Shown here: positions 14,150 to 28,821 of the stretch, in pieces
Numbering within the stretch: position 1 is the first letter of the stretch
How the letters are laid out: the number at the start of each line of letters is the position of its first letter
NCBI GenBank assembly: GCA_951406725.2
Contig: OX597826.1
Span: 2,666,001-2,730,000, forward strand
Origin: Octopus vulgaris
Lineage: Eukaryota
Direction: 5' to 3'
Length of the DNA stretch: 64,000 bases
Notes under the pieces: generated by a model
Told to the model about the DNA's origin: nothing
What the model saw: only the letters and a program-made list of their open reading frames with translations
The model's database searches: none
Translations under genes and position numbers: made by a program

Positions 14150-14360
14150 GTTAATCCAAACATGAAAACACAAAGAGAAAACAACAACGCGAGTACGTGG
14201 AACAAATATAGTATTATTGGATGCTCAGGAAAGAAGGAAAGAAGGAGGGTTTAACGTTTCGAGCGGAGCTCTTCGTCAGAAACATAGGAAAAGGAAAGAT
14301 CCATAGGAAAAGGGAAGACGGAGGGAAAAAAATCGCCAACGGTACACACGCGGTCACATG
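14150..14360 (-). mobile_element. Short hammerhead-bearing repeat, family H2 (PLE pseudo-LTR-like)
   Basis: Homologous to 26270-26462 in the opposite orientation (gagctccgctcgaaacg, ttcctgagc, gttccacgt, tttggattaa). Confidence 0.65.
14249..14283 (-). ncRNA. Minimal type I hammerhead motif
   Basis: GUUU-CUGACGA-A-GAGC(UCC)GCUC-GAAAC-GUU-AAAC. Confidence 0.65.
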
Positions 14361-14518
14361 TATTTATTTATTTATTTATTTAAATAATGAGGGTAATTAA
14401 TTGAATATTAATTTAATATCAATTCAAAACCAGTAGCCTAGCATATAGAAAAATCTGAAAATTTAGAAATATTGTAATACATACGTATAACAATGCGTGT
14501 AATACATGCCTATTAAAC

Positions 14519-14575
<57 letters not shown>

Positions 14576-15148
14576 TATCAAATTACATAAATCTTTATTT
14601 GCGTTTAACGGATCACGTCAGTAGTCGATGAATTTTTAAGAATAACATAACTTGAGTGTTACGTATATGATATTATGCAATGGCTTACCGGAAAAGCGAT
14701 CAGCACAAGACATGAAATAAATATTGACATATTTTTTGTACGTGGAGAGAAGCATTTGCATATGACGCTGAGGTGTTTATCCAGGTGTTGATCTATCATG
14801 CTTACATACCTCCTACACTCGTGTGTATTAATATGTAGCATTCATATGCTTAATTCTTTACATCCATTTTCATGTGAGTTTAATAACTTATGAGAGTACA
14901 AGATATATATTTTATGAATAACATATTATTTAGAGCAAAATACATAATATTTACAACGAGAAACTAAACAAAATAAACGATGTAGCGAATAAAGGTGTGT
15001 GTTTTTTCTACCTAGACAAAAGCTTGTTTATCACACGAATAGGTTTATACAACTGTTGTCATAACACATGCAAATACACACTTCCATAGAGGCCTGCGTG
15101 CGAAAACGCACTCACACACGCACGTATGTATATATATATATATTCATA

Positions 15149-15196
<48 letters not shown>

Positions 15197-15229
15197 CATA
15201 AATATATGCCTATATATATATATATATAT

Positions 15230-15277
<48 letters not shown>

Positions 15278-15290
15278 TTATGTATGTATT

Positions 15291-15342
<52 letters not shown>

Positions 15343-15402
15343 CATACATAAATATTTGTCTATATATATATATATATATACACACATACATATATATATA
15401 TG

Positions 15403-15463
<61 letters not shown>

Positions 15464-15782
15464 GTTGGATTTAACTATGTTTGTAGTAAGCTTCGCTGAT
15501 TTGTCTATTTGTAGTGGAGCACTTTCGACTTTGTAGTCCTCACTCCACAGGGGAATGTATTCTGTTGCTGTTTTCTGCATGTAGACAGACAGTTTTCTCC
15601 CTAGGTCTGTGTGACCGAGACATGAGCTGCCATCGAATAATGTCAAATAAAACCCAACTTTACTACCCTACTTACAAATAATCAGATGCAATTTCAGCAT
15701 CATATATTATTTGATATTTGATCAAACTGAATTTACTAGATTATTTCATCCTTCATGGACAAGTCTTATTACTAACACCAAT

Positions 15783-15930
<148 letters not shown>

Positions 15931-16216
15931 CATATGGCGATGGGTTGGCAGAATCGTCATCACGATTCGTCATTTCGTTCGCCCTTAGGTTCTGAGTTCA
16001 AAACGTCGCCGAGGTCGACTTTAACTTCCATCATTTCAGGGTTGAAAAAGAAAGTACCAGTTGTGCACTCCGGTTAATTTAATCGACTTTTCGCTCATCA
16101 CAAAATTCTTATCATTTTGCTTTACTTAAAAATTTAATTTAATTTATTATATCAGTGTTTTCTTCAGCCGATTTATTTTGTTAGGCACTATAATTGACTA
16201 TAATATAAACGTACTT

Positions 16217-16527
16217 GTGGAGGCGAAATGGTCCAGTGGTTAGGGCAGCGGACTCGCGATTGTAGGATCGCGGTTTCGATCCCCAGACAGGGCGTTGTGA
16301 GTGTTCATTGAGCGAAAACACCTAAAGCTCCACGAGGCACCATCAGGTTGTGGTAGTGGTCTCTGCTGTACTCGTTCGCCTCAACTTTCTCTCACTCTTT
16401 CTTCTGTGGGCCTGCTCGCTTAACCAGAGAGGTGGCGTCATTTGAAGTCTAAAACAATGCGAAGCGCATTGTGACCAGCGATGTGTAGCAACATCTGAGA
16501 GCCTGGTCGGTCACGGTGATCAGGGTG
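16217..16527 (+). mobile_element. Full-length tRNA-headed SINE (family C variant) with 14-bp TSD
   Basis: A box tggtccagtgg and B box ggtttcgatcc. Flanked by atataaacgtactt at 16203-16216 and 16528-16541. Confidence 0.9.
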
Positions 16528-17022
16528 ATATAAACGTACTTAGAATACGAATTTTTAATTAAGGCGATAAGTTCAATTTATCCATTCCAGACAATAAAAT
16601 TTTGATCTGCAATCCGTCTGTACGTACTACATGGCGTTATTCGTCCCTCATTGACTAATAACATAGACAAAGTTATCATTAGCTGCTCGCATCTTCAATA
16701 ATCAAGTCCTGAATTATGAATCAGAAAAAGGAAGCATGAAATTGCAGGACTTGGAAATACTCTCAATTTAATGGCAAATTTATTTTAAAAATGGAACTAT
16801 GCTTAATTCTACTGAAATATCGTCTAAAATAGTTGTATAAAAGAAAGAAATGGTATGTCATGTTCTGGGAATTAAGCTTGTAGGCAACCGCGTGACAACC
16901 TTTCAGAAAGCAGCAATCTAACGAAATGTTTCTGGTAGATACTAAGGTATTTCTTTTAAAATAAATTTAGTTGCAATGTATAATAGCCAAATGTCAGCTA
17001 TCTTAGATAAAATAGGCCTACA

Positions 17023-17093
<71 letters not shown>

Positions 17094-17120
17094 TTGCTAC
17101 TACTACTACTAATAATAATG

Positions 17121-17181
<61 letters not shown>

Positions 17182-17189
17182 TAATAACA

Positions 17190-17695
17190 ATGGCTCTCAT
17201 GGCTTCTGATCTTAACTGATTGGGAGTGTTATCATGTACATTATTTTGTCTTGGTATAAAAGATGGGCTACAGCAAATATTCTGCTCAATGCCACATATT
17301 TGCTTGTCAGTTGTTTGACCTTAACCAGTTGAGCATGTCCCTTAGTGGCTGACGATATGTGCATCTCTGATCACGAGCAGAAGTAGTGGGGGAGCATCAT
17401 GGCCATGTGTTGAGAGGGATTCTTTGGGGTTTGAATAGTTCACCTCTGGAAACATGGGTGGTTCTTTCAACATCCTTAAACAACCCTTATTCAGGGAGCG
17501 TTTGAGCGGGATGGGCTACTCAACCTGAAGGTCATGTGCTGTTTATCTTGATATGAGATCACCATGTCGCGCACATATGGTTGTGATGCATGTGCCTGGT
17601 GTACCTTTATCAGACGGGTAGTCATGATGGGTATATTGGGCTTCGTATATTTTACCCCAGTGTCACTTTGATGGCATGAACTGCTCTCTCACTCA
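17190..17695 (+). mobile_element. ~500-bp non-coding insert in an (AAT)n array; probable 3' end of a microsatellite-targeting retroposon
   Basis: A complex segment of higher GC bounded on both sides by (AAT)n. Confidence 0.45.
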
Positions 17696-19242
17696 ATAAT
17701 AATAATAATAATAATAAGCAATAGAAGAAAAAGAAGAAGGTATTAATATTTGAATAGAATGCTGCTCTTAAATTAGTCATGTAACGCATTGAATATCAGG
17801 TAATATTTTTTTAAAGAACTTTTAGAGAAAGTGCTGATTTAGTTCGTAGACTACAATATGGAATTTACAAATGAAAACAATAAAAGATAATATATATATA
17901 ACTTTAGCAGTAGATATGAGACTACAGACTTTGTTCTACGCTTGCATACTTACAAAATTAATTTCGTATCGTGTGTTTTTACGAAAGACATATGTCATGG
18001 TACAGAAAGTTATGTACGGAAATTTAAGTGAAGAGAGAGTATATAAGCCTTTTTGTAACAGCACAGTTTAATAACGCAGAAATACTGTAATGAAAATATA
18101 TTTAAATTAATGTAATTCTATATCAGCAGGATGGGAAGTATATGAATAATTAAAATACAAAACAAATACCCTTTCAGCACTAAGCACAATAGGACGAGAC
18201 ACGTGGGATGGAAGAGTCGCTGAAGAGGTAAGGTGTGTGACAAAAAATTTCCGGTCAATGGTCATGAGATAAAATTCCCCCTCAAGTGTTCATTAAATGT
18301 GGAAATCATTAGTAAGATGTGCTACCCTCAAAACACACCTTTGAAAAACCCTCAAAGTCTCCGTAAAAGAATTCATAAGAAGAAAAATTAATGCTAAAAA
18401 TCTCAATAAAGAAGAACGAATATGATATTCCTAGTTTATCTCACTAAACATCAATATATTTGAGTCGAGACTGTTCGAATTGTGGTTATGGGAAACTTTA
18501 AAATATTTACTGTTTGCCCTTTGGTAATGCTTTCTTTAAAAAATGGCTGGCCAGGTACCTATATCGCTCAATATTTTTTTGGAGAAGAAAAGATCAACAG
18601 ATGAGGTATGTCTGCAAGGAATTTTTAATTTATTCACCAAAATACTATCCAGCATTGTTTCTGGAATATTTATAATAGGCAAGTATTATGAAAAATATAA
18701 ATCATGTAATTCATATAAAAATTGAGAAACGTGTACTCATGAACTACTGGTGAATTGACCAACCCACATATTAACGAGATTGTAATTAATAATGCGAATA
18801 TAGGCAAAAGCACGTCATCTGCCTGAATTGATTAAGCGAAGAACCTTTGAAGCTATCCCTTACGATTGAATTATTAAATAATAAAATGTCAATCAAGTTG
18901 ACGTCGTATTGATGAGTATAATTAAACACCAAAGAAAATTGTAGTCTCAGTTATCAAGATCAATATGAATGTACGCATCAATCTATAGCAGTTAAAAGCA
19001 TCAGCGTAAATACAGCATTTGTACAAGAGAACGTGATGTGATGTGGTGAAAACTGACGAAAGAAAATAAAATGCATGTATGTGTGTATATATGTGAGTGT
19101 ATAAAGCCGTTTAGAAGGGAAATTCATTGTCAATATTTTCATGGTAAATATTTAAAATATAAACTGGATCGAAAATCAAGAATTATATTGTACGTCCAAA
19201 ACATTTTGCACATCCGTCACTTGTTTCCATATATATACATAT

Positions 19243-19367
<125 letters not shown>

Positions 19368-19404
19368 CAAGCCGCTATGATTGAACGCTAGCTCAAAAAG
19401 TTTC

Positions 19405-19550
19405 TTTTTTTATTCTCTCTCCGTTTGTTTCCTCTTGTTCCTTTCTGTTGAAGAGCGTCGGCTCGAAAGAGTTTCGCACATTCCCGAGCGTTAAACAAAT
19501 ACACCTGTTTGTTGTTAATACACCTATCTTTGTCTTTTGTTTTTCTCTGA
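19405..19550 (+). mobile_element. Short repeat family H3 with degenerate hammerhead-like motif
   Basis: ctttctgttgaagagcgtcggctcgaaa...ttcccgagcgttaaac. Homologous to 44730-44905 and 55520-55715 on the minus strand. Confidence 0.6.
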
Positions 19551-20447
19551 TGACTTATTTATAGTGATCTAATGTTTGAGTTGACGTAAGCTCACTTACT
19601 CCGTCGGATGACGAAATGGTCGCAGACAAAGGAACAATGGGGCATTGTGCACAAGAACAAAACGCAGTGTCCAGTTTGGCAATCGGAATAACGATCTCGC
19701 AAATGTAAGTGAAACAGTCTGACCACTAAGCCACGAGCCGTTAGATCTACCTACCTACCTACCTACCTACTTATCTATCTATCTATCCATTTATCTATTA
19801 TATATAAAAATATACACTGGTAGATGGATAGATATGTAGAAAGATAGATAGACAGATAGACAGACAGAGAGATATAGAAATGCAACTGGGGTATGAATGA
19901 ACCCCACGAACTGGGGTGTGAATGAACCCCAGGTTCTCATCGAGAAGTGTCAGTAGAAGGTGTCAGCAGAGGGATTATATGAAAGTTCCTTGCCGTACAA
20001 AAATGTCAAAATATCAATTTGTATATACATCAAAAGCGCTGACCCGGATGCTCATAACAGCAGCTGTATGGTGTTACATAAAAAGAATCAAGGTGCACCC
20101 ATCGAGGGTACGGTTTCAATCGAAATCCATTCAGCAATACCCAACCAACGCTACAGTAAATGATAAGGGTCGACAGAATAGAGACCAGTGAATTATGGGT
20201 ATATATCTATAACTCGCGCTGTGTTCCTCACTACGTATAAGTGTAAATGTTTTCATGGCATGCATATGTGTATGTGCCTGAGGGGGGTTTGCGTATAATT
20301 TTGTATGTATGGGTGTATTGCTGTGTATGGATGTGTGTATAAGTGTCATAAATGCTATTCTCTTATTTCCTCATTCTTTCTCTCTCTCTCTCTCGCATTC
20401 TCTATCTGTCTATCTATTTGTCTATTTATCTGTCGATCTGTCTAACG

Positions 20448-20533
<86 letters not shown>

Positions 20534-21277
20534 TGTGTGTGTGTGCGTGTGTGTGTCTTTGTATGTATTCATACATATATATATGTGTGTATGTTTGTGT
20601 GTGTATATACACACAATAACGCGCGTATGTATTTATGAGTATATACGCATTTCATGGCGTATGAATATTTATTTCCAGTCACGCTATGCGCTCACTTCAT
20701 GCAAACACATCCTTTTGATGTTACGAATGCAATGCTGGAAGGTAAAACAAACAGTTAAAATAGGAAGTTGAACTGGGAATTCATGGAACGAAGCATCTTG
20801 CTCCGACATGATATACAAAACACTTATAATAAGAAAGAAACGTATGAGATATCATCGCTCAATAATATATCAACACGCGCAAATGAAGTGAAGCGTTATG
20901 CATACATATATATACAATGGACGGAGAATAATATATACAGTAACATCTGTATACATCATTTGTTTTCCAGTATATCTATCTCATTTAGTGAGTCTAGTCG
21001 AGTATTTGTTTCGCTATAAGATATTGTGTTTAGACTGGGACATATACGACGTGAGTGAAACAAATATGGCTAAAACTAAAACGAGAAAAATATATGAAGA
21101 ATAAAAGTCAATTATATGGGGGGAGGGAAATAAGGGTAAATATGGACGAGATAGTGATAGGTAACCCTGCATATACAGACCTACACAGAAACAAACACAC
21201 ACAGAGACGCACACACATACACTTACACAGGAACTGATGATACATAAATATCACATACACAAAGACATACTATATAT

Positions 21278-21347
<70 letters not shown>

Positions 21348-21625
21348 GTATATCGATATATATAGATATAATTATATATATATATATATAGATGGATATC
21401 TATATGCATACATAAATACATGCATATATATATTCATAAATACATATATATACTTATGTATGTGTATATACACATATATGTGTTAATAATATTGTGTTGT
21501 GTGTACGCATGTGCGCATATGTAAACATATGTATATGAATACATATATATATATACAAATATACATGTTCCTATACATATATATATATACATATATAATG
21601 AGGTATATTTGTATGTATGTATGTA

Positions 21626-21669
<44 letters not shown>

Positions 21670-21906
21670 CATATATATAAAATCAGCTATATTTGTATAT
21701 ATATGTACGTATATGACACATACACATAAGTAACATCATGACATAGATTGATGTGTTTATATGTGCGCATAAGGGCATGCGTCATATGTGTGTCTGCCTA
21801 TGTATATGCTCTTTCGGAGAGAGAAAGAAACGGAGATATAGAGAGTGGTAGAAGAGAGTAAAAGAAAGATAAAGATAGACGCGCACACATACACAGACAT
21901 ATATTG

Positions 21907-21945
<39 letters not shown>

Positions 21946-22343
21946 CAGAAAGAGAGATAAAAGAGAGCGAGGGAGAACTAACAATAGACTAATACGTATT
22001 CAGATGAAACGCAGTTTTCATGTTCATACTTGCTTAATATTGCGTGTTTCATGCTACGTATAGGTACGACTGTTATTGCTATACAATAATGAAATTGAAG
22101 ACTATAAGGAGTTAAAAATGAAAACAAATACATGAAACCAATGAAGAAGATAATGGCGAAAGCAAAAAAGGAATAATGTATAAAAGATTGAGCGGGGTTT
22201 TCTGGAGGTCATACATCGTAATATAGAAGGTAAAACATGATGTATGATGTATAGACAATGTATAGACAAGAGCTAGAATGTATATGCTTCTTATTTGTAT
22301 TTGGGTTCGTTCATTTATCTATACAAACACACACATGCATATA

Positions 22344-22392
<49 letters not shown>

Positions 22393-22453
22393 GCATATAA
22401 ATTCGAACTTGTATGAATATACCTACATACATACATATATATATGTATCTACA

Positions 22454-22517
<64 letters not shown>

Positions 22518-22992
22518 CTTTAATGTTTTGATAAGTCTCGGCCAGTATTGGCCCAGGCCCTGTCTAACTTAGTACAACCCAGCACGGATCAGACGTCTTT
22601 TTGTCTGTCTCCTGTCTAAGCTTGTTCCTACTGCGTTCGCCACCTCAACTAGTTACGGTTTAGCTGCCTTTTCTGTTTGTTTTTACTTTCCTGTTTTTGT
22701 TACGAAATTTGACCCTCCGCAAAATCCCAAATTTTAATCAATTTGCTTTGCGGGAGCAACTGCTTTGTTGAAGGTGTATCTTGTGAATTGCTCGAAATAC
22801 CAAGTAGAAAAACAGCCGCCAGCTGATGAAGGATCGTTCTTTATGTTACTTATCTTATCTTCCATTTGTTTCTTTTGTTGTTCGCAAATTAAGTTCGTAT
22901 TCCATGTTTTCGTATTTCGTTTTTTCTTGTTGTTTACGTACTATGACGTACAGTATCCATTTATGCATATGTATATACATGTATATACATAT

Positions 22993-23340
22993 GCACAGGC
23001 GTAGCTGTGTGGTAAGTAGCTTCCTTGCATGGTCCCGGGTTCAGTCCCACTGCGTGGCACCTTGGGCAAGTGTCTTCTACTGTAGCTTCGGGCCGACCAA
23101 AGCCATGTAATTGAATTTGGTAGATGGAAACTGAAAGAAGCCCGTCGAATATATATGTGTCTGTGTGTGTGTATGTTTGTGTGTCTGTGTTTGTTCCCCC
23201 ACTATCGCTTGACAGCCGATGTTGGTGTGTTCACGTTCCCGTAACTTAGGGGTTCGGCAAAAGAGACCGATAGAATAAGTACCAGGCTTACAAAGAATAA
23301 GACCTGGGGTCGATTTGCTCGACTTAATGAGGTGCTCCAG
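22993..23340 (+). mobile_element. SINE family A copy
   Basis: gtagctgtgtggtaagtagctt...gggttcagtcccactgcgtggcaccttgggcaagtgtctt...gtgctccag. Confidence 0.85.
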
Positions 23341-23518
23341 TAAAGGAGTAGGAGCCAACACAGGACGTGGTCCCTCCTGATGATGTCGTTAGCCACTGAA
23401 TCCTATAAAGGTGCTGTTGAAGTAGCGGACCACAATATATAATTACAAACATACATATATTTGTGTGTGTGTGTATTTGTGCGTGTTGTGTGAATGTGTG
23501 CGTATTCGTTTGTGTGTG

Positions 23519-23646
<128 letters not shown>

Positions 23647-24511
23647 AATATAAACATATATATATATATATATAACATATATATATATATATATAACAAA
23701 GTTGAGTTTTGGGGTATCGCACGAGTAGAATTATATACGAAAGAAGGTTTGAAAATGCAATTTAAAAGATATTTATTTACTTTACCGGTTTCACTCTTTG
23801 GAAAAAGGGTATCAAAAGTAACATGTGGAAGTTTGGTTGCGTTAATTATTGGTTGTTGCAAATTGCTACATTACATATATATATGCAGTCTTTGGAAACA
23901 GGGACATGTTAAGGACATAAAAAAGTACAACAGTATGTTGAGAATATAAAGAGGTTTAACAAGCTCATTGAAAAAATGGGCAGAAAAGATTAAAACAAAT
24001 ATATTATACATCTCAGGGTAATTTCCAGAAGAAATTATTAAAAAAGTTCAGTACAGAATATTATGAATTCAAAAAGATTTACATTAATGTAGTGGCGAGG
24101 TTGTTACTGACCTGTCCGTTTTAGCAGAGATGTGGAATTGAAAAGGATGTACGCATTTTTTTCTTTTTTTGGCTTTCCTTCAAGCATCAATGATTTTGGG
24201 GTTAGGATGAGGTGAATATGTGTGTCTCTGCGTGTATGTGTGTGTGCATACATACACATGTGGTGTGAATAGATGTGTCTGTGTGTCTGTAGTATTTGGT
24301 CAGATGGTGTCTCTTTGTCAAACGTGTGTGTGGTGGTCATGGTGTTGTGTGTGTGTGTGTGTGCGTGCGCACGCATGTATGTGTGTGGATGGCATTTGAC
24401 ATGGTGCTGCGTGTGTATATATGTGTGTCTGTATGGAGGTGAGATTGGTGTGAGTGTGTGCACCTTCTTTCGTACGATACCCCAAAACTCAACTTTGTTA
24501 TATATATATAT

Positions 24512-24565
<54 letters not shown>

Positions 24566-24614
24566 TATATTTACATATATATATATATATCTTTCAAACC
24601 TTCTTTCGTATATA

Positions 24615-25660
24615 TTACACCTATACACACATACACACACACATACCTACATACTCCTATACGCACATACATACACACAGACATACACACATACACACTC
24701 ACACAAACATACACACACACACATACTTACACACACACTCGCCTGCACGCGCACACACATGCATGACAAACACCCATACACTTACACTCACATACGCACA
24801 GACCAACATAAACACGCACACGCACACACACACCTACACTCCCACACACATACATACGCACCTACATACACACACGCACGCATACACACGTACACACACA
24901 CCTACATACACATGCATACACACACACACACAAACATGCACGGACACACCCAGACATACATACATACACCTATACACACACGCCCACACACCTACATACA
25001 CACACATACATACACACACATACACGGACACACCCATACATACTTACATACATACACCTATACACACACGCCTACACACCTACATACACACACATGCATA
25101 CACACACACATGTACGCACATACACACACATATACGCACATACATATATACCCACACACATGCACACACACACATATACACATGCATGCATGCATGCACA
25201 CGCGCACACCTACACGCATACATGCATACATGCATACACACACACACACGCACGTACACATACATAAATACACACACATACATACACCCATACACATACA
25301 TGCATCCTACACACACATACATACACACTCACACATACATACACACACACTCACTCACACACCTGCATGTACGCGCACACACATGCACATACACATACTT
25401 CCACACACACACACGTACATACATACACACTCATACACATACACACACACACACACACGGACATACATCTATGCACACACATATATACACACATACTTAC
25501 ATACATTCATCGGACACACTGACACCCATACATACACACAGACACACTCACACATCCACACACACACATACTTACACACACACTCGCAGGCGCGCGCACA
25601 CACGCGCTTGCGCCGGCTCGCGCACGCATACACGCATGCATGCACCTCGCTCTTGGACCC
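24615..25660. repeat. ~1 kb degenerate (CA)/(CATA)-rich low-complexity tract
   Basis: Composition only. It produces the spurious 464-aa and 516-aa His/Thr ORFs. Confidence 0.95.
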
Positions 25661-26269
25661 GACGTGATCTCCGGCTCGTTTCTGGGGCCGTCGCCTGTCG
25701 TTGGGTTCTCCCACGCCCGTCTCCGCGGGACCACTCTTCCATCTTCCGCTCAGCTGGAGTCCTTTTTCCTTATACCCCCCCCTTTTTGTACACACACGCG
25801 CACACATACATACACCCACTCACACACACACATTTGCTTAAATATATACATTACTCTTACACACACTTCAAATCTACTCGCCATACATACAACTACGACA
25901 CTGGACACACACACACTACCACTCAACACACACACTGGCACGTTACATACGCCCCACCCCTTCCCCTCCCTCCCTTCCTCCTTCCTTCATTTTTTTACTA
26001 CTGACCACTGTCTGCTATGCCTACTACTGTTTCGCCCTACCTCACACGCCTACACACAGACGCACACACTAACATATACATATATTTTTTGTTTTTTTAT
26101 CTCGCCTCACACACACATACACTCACGCACACGCACATACTCACACATACACACACATCTGTTGCGTTACCAACCCTGTCTCCACTCTTTTGGCTTTAAA
26201 AACCTACTTTGCTCTTGTTATCGTAAACTTCCACCTTTCACCATGTGTACTTCGTAAACACCAGTCGTT

Positions 26270-26456
26270 TTTTTTTCTCCCTCTGTTTTCCCACCTCGGG
26301 ATCTTTCTTTCCTCTCTCTTCCATCTTTATGTTTCCGACGAAGAGCTCCGCTCGAAACGTCATACCTTCCTGCTTCCATCTTTCCTGAGCGCCTATTAAT
26401 AATAATTCTGTAATTGTTCCACGTGTTGTTGTTTTTTCTGTTTTCCCGTTTGGATT

Positions 26457-26462
<6 letters not shown>
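26270..26462 (+). mobile_element. Family H2 repeat with hammerhead-like motif at 26331-26364
   Basis: GUUU-CCGACGA-A-GAGC(UCC)GCUC-GAAAC-GUC-AUAC, a U4C variant. The element ends in (TA)n. Confidence 0.6.
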
Positions 26463-26522
<60 letters not shown>

Positions 26523-27469
26523 GTACATATATGTATATATGTATATATGTATATATATGTTTATATATGTAAGCAAAAATAACAACCCTACATGGCGTGC
26601 CCTAATACACAGACACAGACACACACATATGTATGTGTGGTGGTGGTGGTGGTTGTGGTGGTAGTACAGCCGAAAGAATTATGTTGAGATAGAAATGTCA
26701 ATCTTGTTTTAAGAAGCCAGTACACTGCAAAATATATCAGTTCGTCAGCATCCTTCATTCATTCGTGATAAAGGATTTTAAAACCCGAAATATTAAAACG
26801 TAAGTTAAATTTGTAAACTAATGTTTGGCTTTGTTATACATCTGTTTTCATTTCCATATATGCAACTTAAATATTATAGACTTTCTAAACCAATTGTAAA
26901 ACTTACGGTTATATACGTTCGTTTTAATAGATGTGTTCATGTGAATCACATATGAAATTACACTTATGCGTTATCTTTCTTGGCTGATTATATGCACGTT
27001 TAAGAAGCCGTATATGCATCTTATATATTGTTGTAATGGCGTGTATATTTTTAATTGTGCGTACGTTCGAGCAAGTATGTTAAATAGTATTACTTGAAGA
27101 TGTGTGTACGTATACTTGTTATGTGGATTGTTTCAATGGATTGTTTTAGTGAAGTAATTTAATGTGTAGGTTTTGCGAGTAATTTATGCGGCGTTCCTGT
27201 CTCGTGAGTGTTGCGAATAGATGTCCATACTGTTTTATCCTTGATGCTCAAATACCAACAGCGAAAAACGCCTAATTGCGAACAGAATATCACAGAAATG
27301 CTCCGAGATTGACCAATCCGAAAATTTGACCAATCTTATTTTCTACCCTGGGCACAAGGCCCGAAACTTTTGGGGTGCGGGCCCAGTCTATTAGATCGAC
27401 CACTGTACAAAATTGATATTTAATTTATCGACCCCGAAAGGATGAAAGGCAAAGTCGACCTCTGCGGAA

Positions 27470-28260
27470 ATACAATGAAGCTGGCTACGCACTAGTTTTG
27501 CAAATGAATATACTTGAGCTTAATCTAATTTCGTGTTGTGACCAAAGTCTGCTTTCCAGGCTTGCAACTGCCGTCCAAGGCTATTTAGTTCTTCATAGGA
27601 TTTCTCCAAACGTGTGCCATCTGACAAAACATTTCCCAGAAAAGTAAAAGCCCCATCACTTCTAATTATCTACCTCCTACTGATATATTTGGTTGGTTCA
27701 ACATTTCAAGGTGAGATCTGCAACATAAATTCTGTTTACTTCAAATTCATTGCGAGGCCAAATGCTTTGCCTGATGCGGTAAAAAACTGTAGTAAGCTCC
27801 TGCAGTTCTTATGTGGGAGATACTAATTCACAATCATTAACGTATATTAGTTCCCTAACACAATATTACCAAAGTATCTGTGGTTATTCTCCTGATATTG
27901 AACAATCTTCTCGTGGTTCCAAATCTGAGGTACATTCCCATAAAGTCACTTTTGAATCCTGTATGAATTCAGAAAGAAGACTTGTTTGCTCTTATTTCAA
28001 CAGAAGCAGGTCCAGATAAATTACGATTAAAGTACACTTTCGCTTTCATTTTGTCACACAAAGACTCATGTCAGAAAACCTGTTACGACAACCAGACTTC
28101 TTCATTACATCTTATAGTATTGATCTTTGTTGTGTAAAGCCTTGGTTAGATCAGTAAAGCATTGATAAAAATCAGCACTCGTAATTTCCTCTTTCGGCTC
28201 TGAAACCATATTGCATATCTGGACGAATGTCATTCGCTTCTGTGGAAAACAATGTGTTCA
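27470..28260 (-). pseudogene. Decayed RTE-clade LINE reverse transcriptase fragment
   Basis: Minus frames give PDMQYGFRAERG, FTDLTKAL, VRELIYVNDCELV (YADD motif), KAFGLAMNLK*TE, FTFLGNVLS and RLWSQHEIRL. Confidence 0.8.
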
Positions 28261-28821
28261 GCAGAACGCTTACTCAAACTTAACCCACCACAGAGAGCAG
28301 GGATATGCTGCGAAAATTTCGCACACGCACACGCACACATACACACACACACACACATACTCACACACACACACACATACTCACACACACACACATACTC
28401 ACACACATAAAGAGCGATAAAATTGAAAACAAATTATAAATAGTTGACGAGCGAGGTTAAATATAACAAAAACCTTTACGAGTGCAAAATATATTTTACG
28501 AGTGGAGTACACATGCGCGCACACACACACACACACATACACACACATATTTACGTATATATATATATATAATAATTTAATAAATAAAATATATGCATAC
28601 ATAGATACATATATGTACATAGCTACATATATATGTATATATACATGTATATATGAGTACAGGACACTACAAAAAGACGTAGAACACAGCGAAAAACGAA
28701 AGCATAAAAACAAAACATGGGAACGGACTTTTTTAAACAACGAAAAAACAGAGTACAAGACATACAACACAAGGAAATATATATATATACAACAAGAGAA
28801 AGTTTGAGACGGTTATCGTTG

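Noticed and set aside
16217-16295. Possible tRNA genes at SINE heads (also 4405, 5515-5585, 33668, 48121)
   Set aside because: A and B boxes are present, but I could not form a complete cloverleaf, and each continues into a repeated SINE body.
24273-26004. 464-aa and 516-aa His/Thr-rich ORFs
   Set aside because: They are translations of a stop-free (CA)-rich tract open in several overlapping frames, with no domain motifs.
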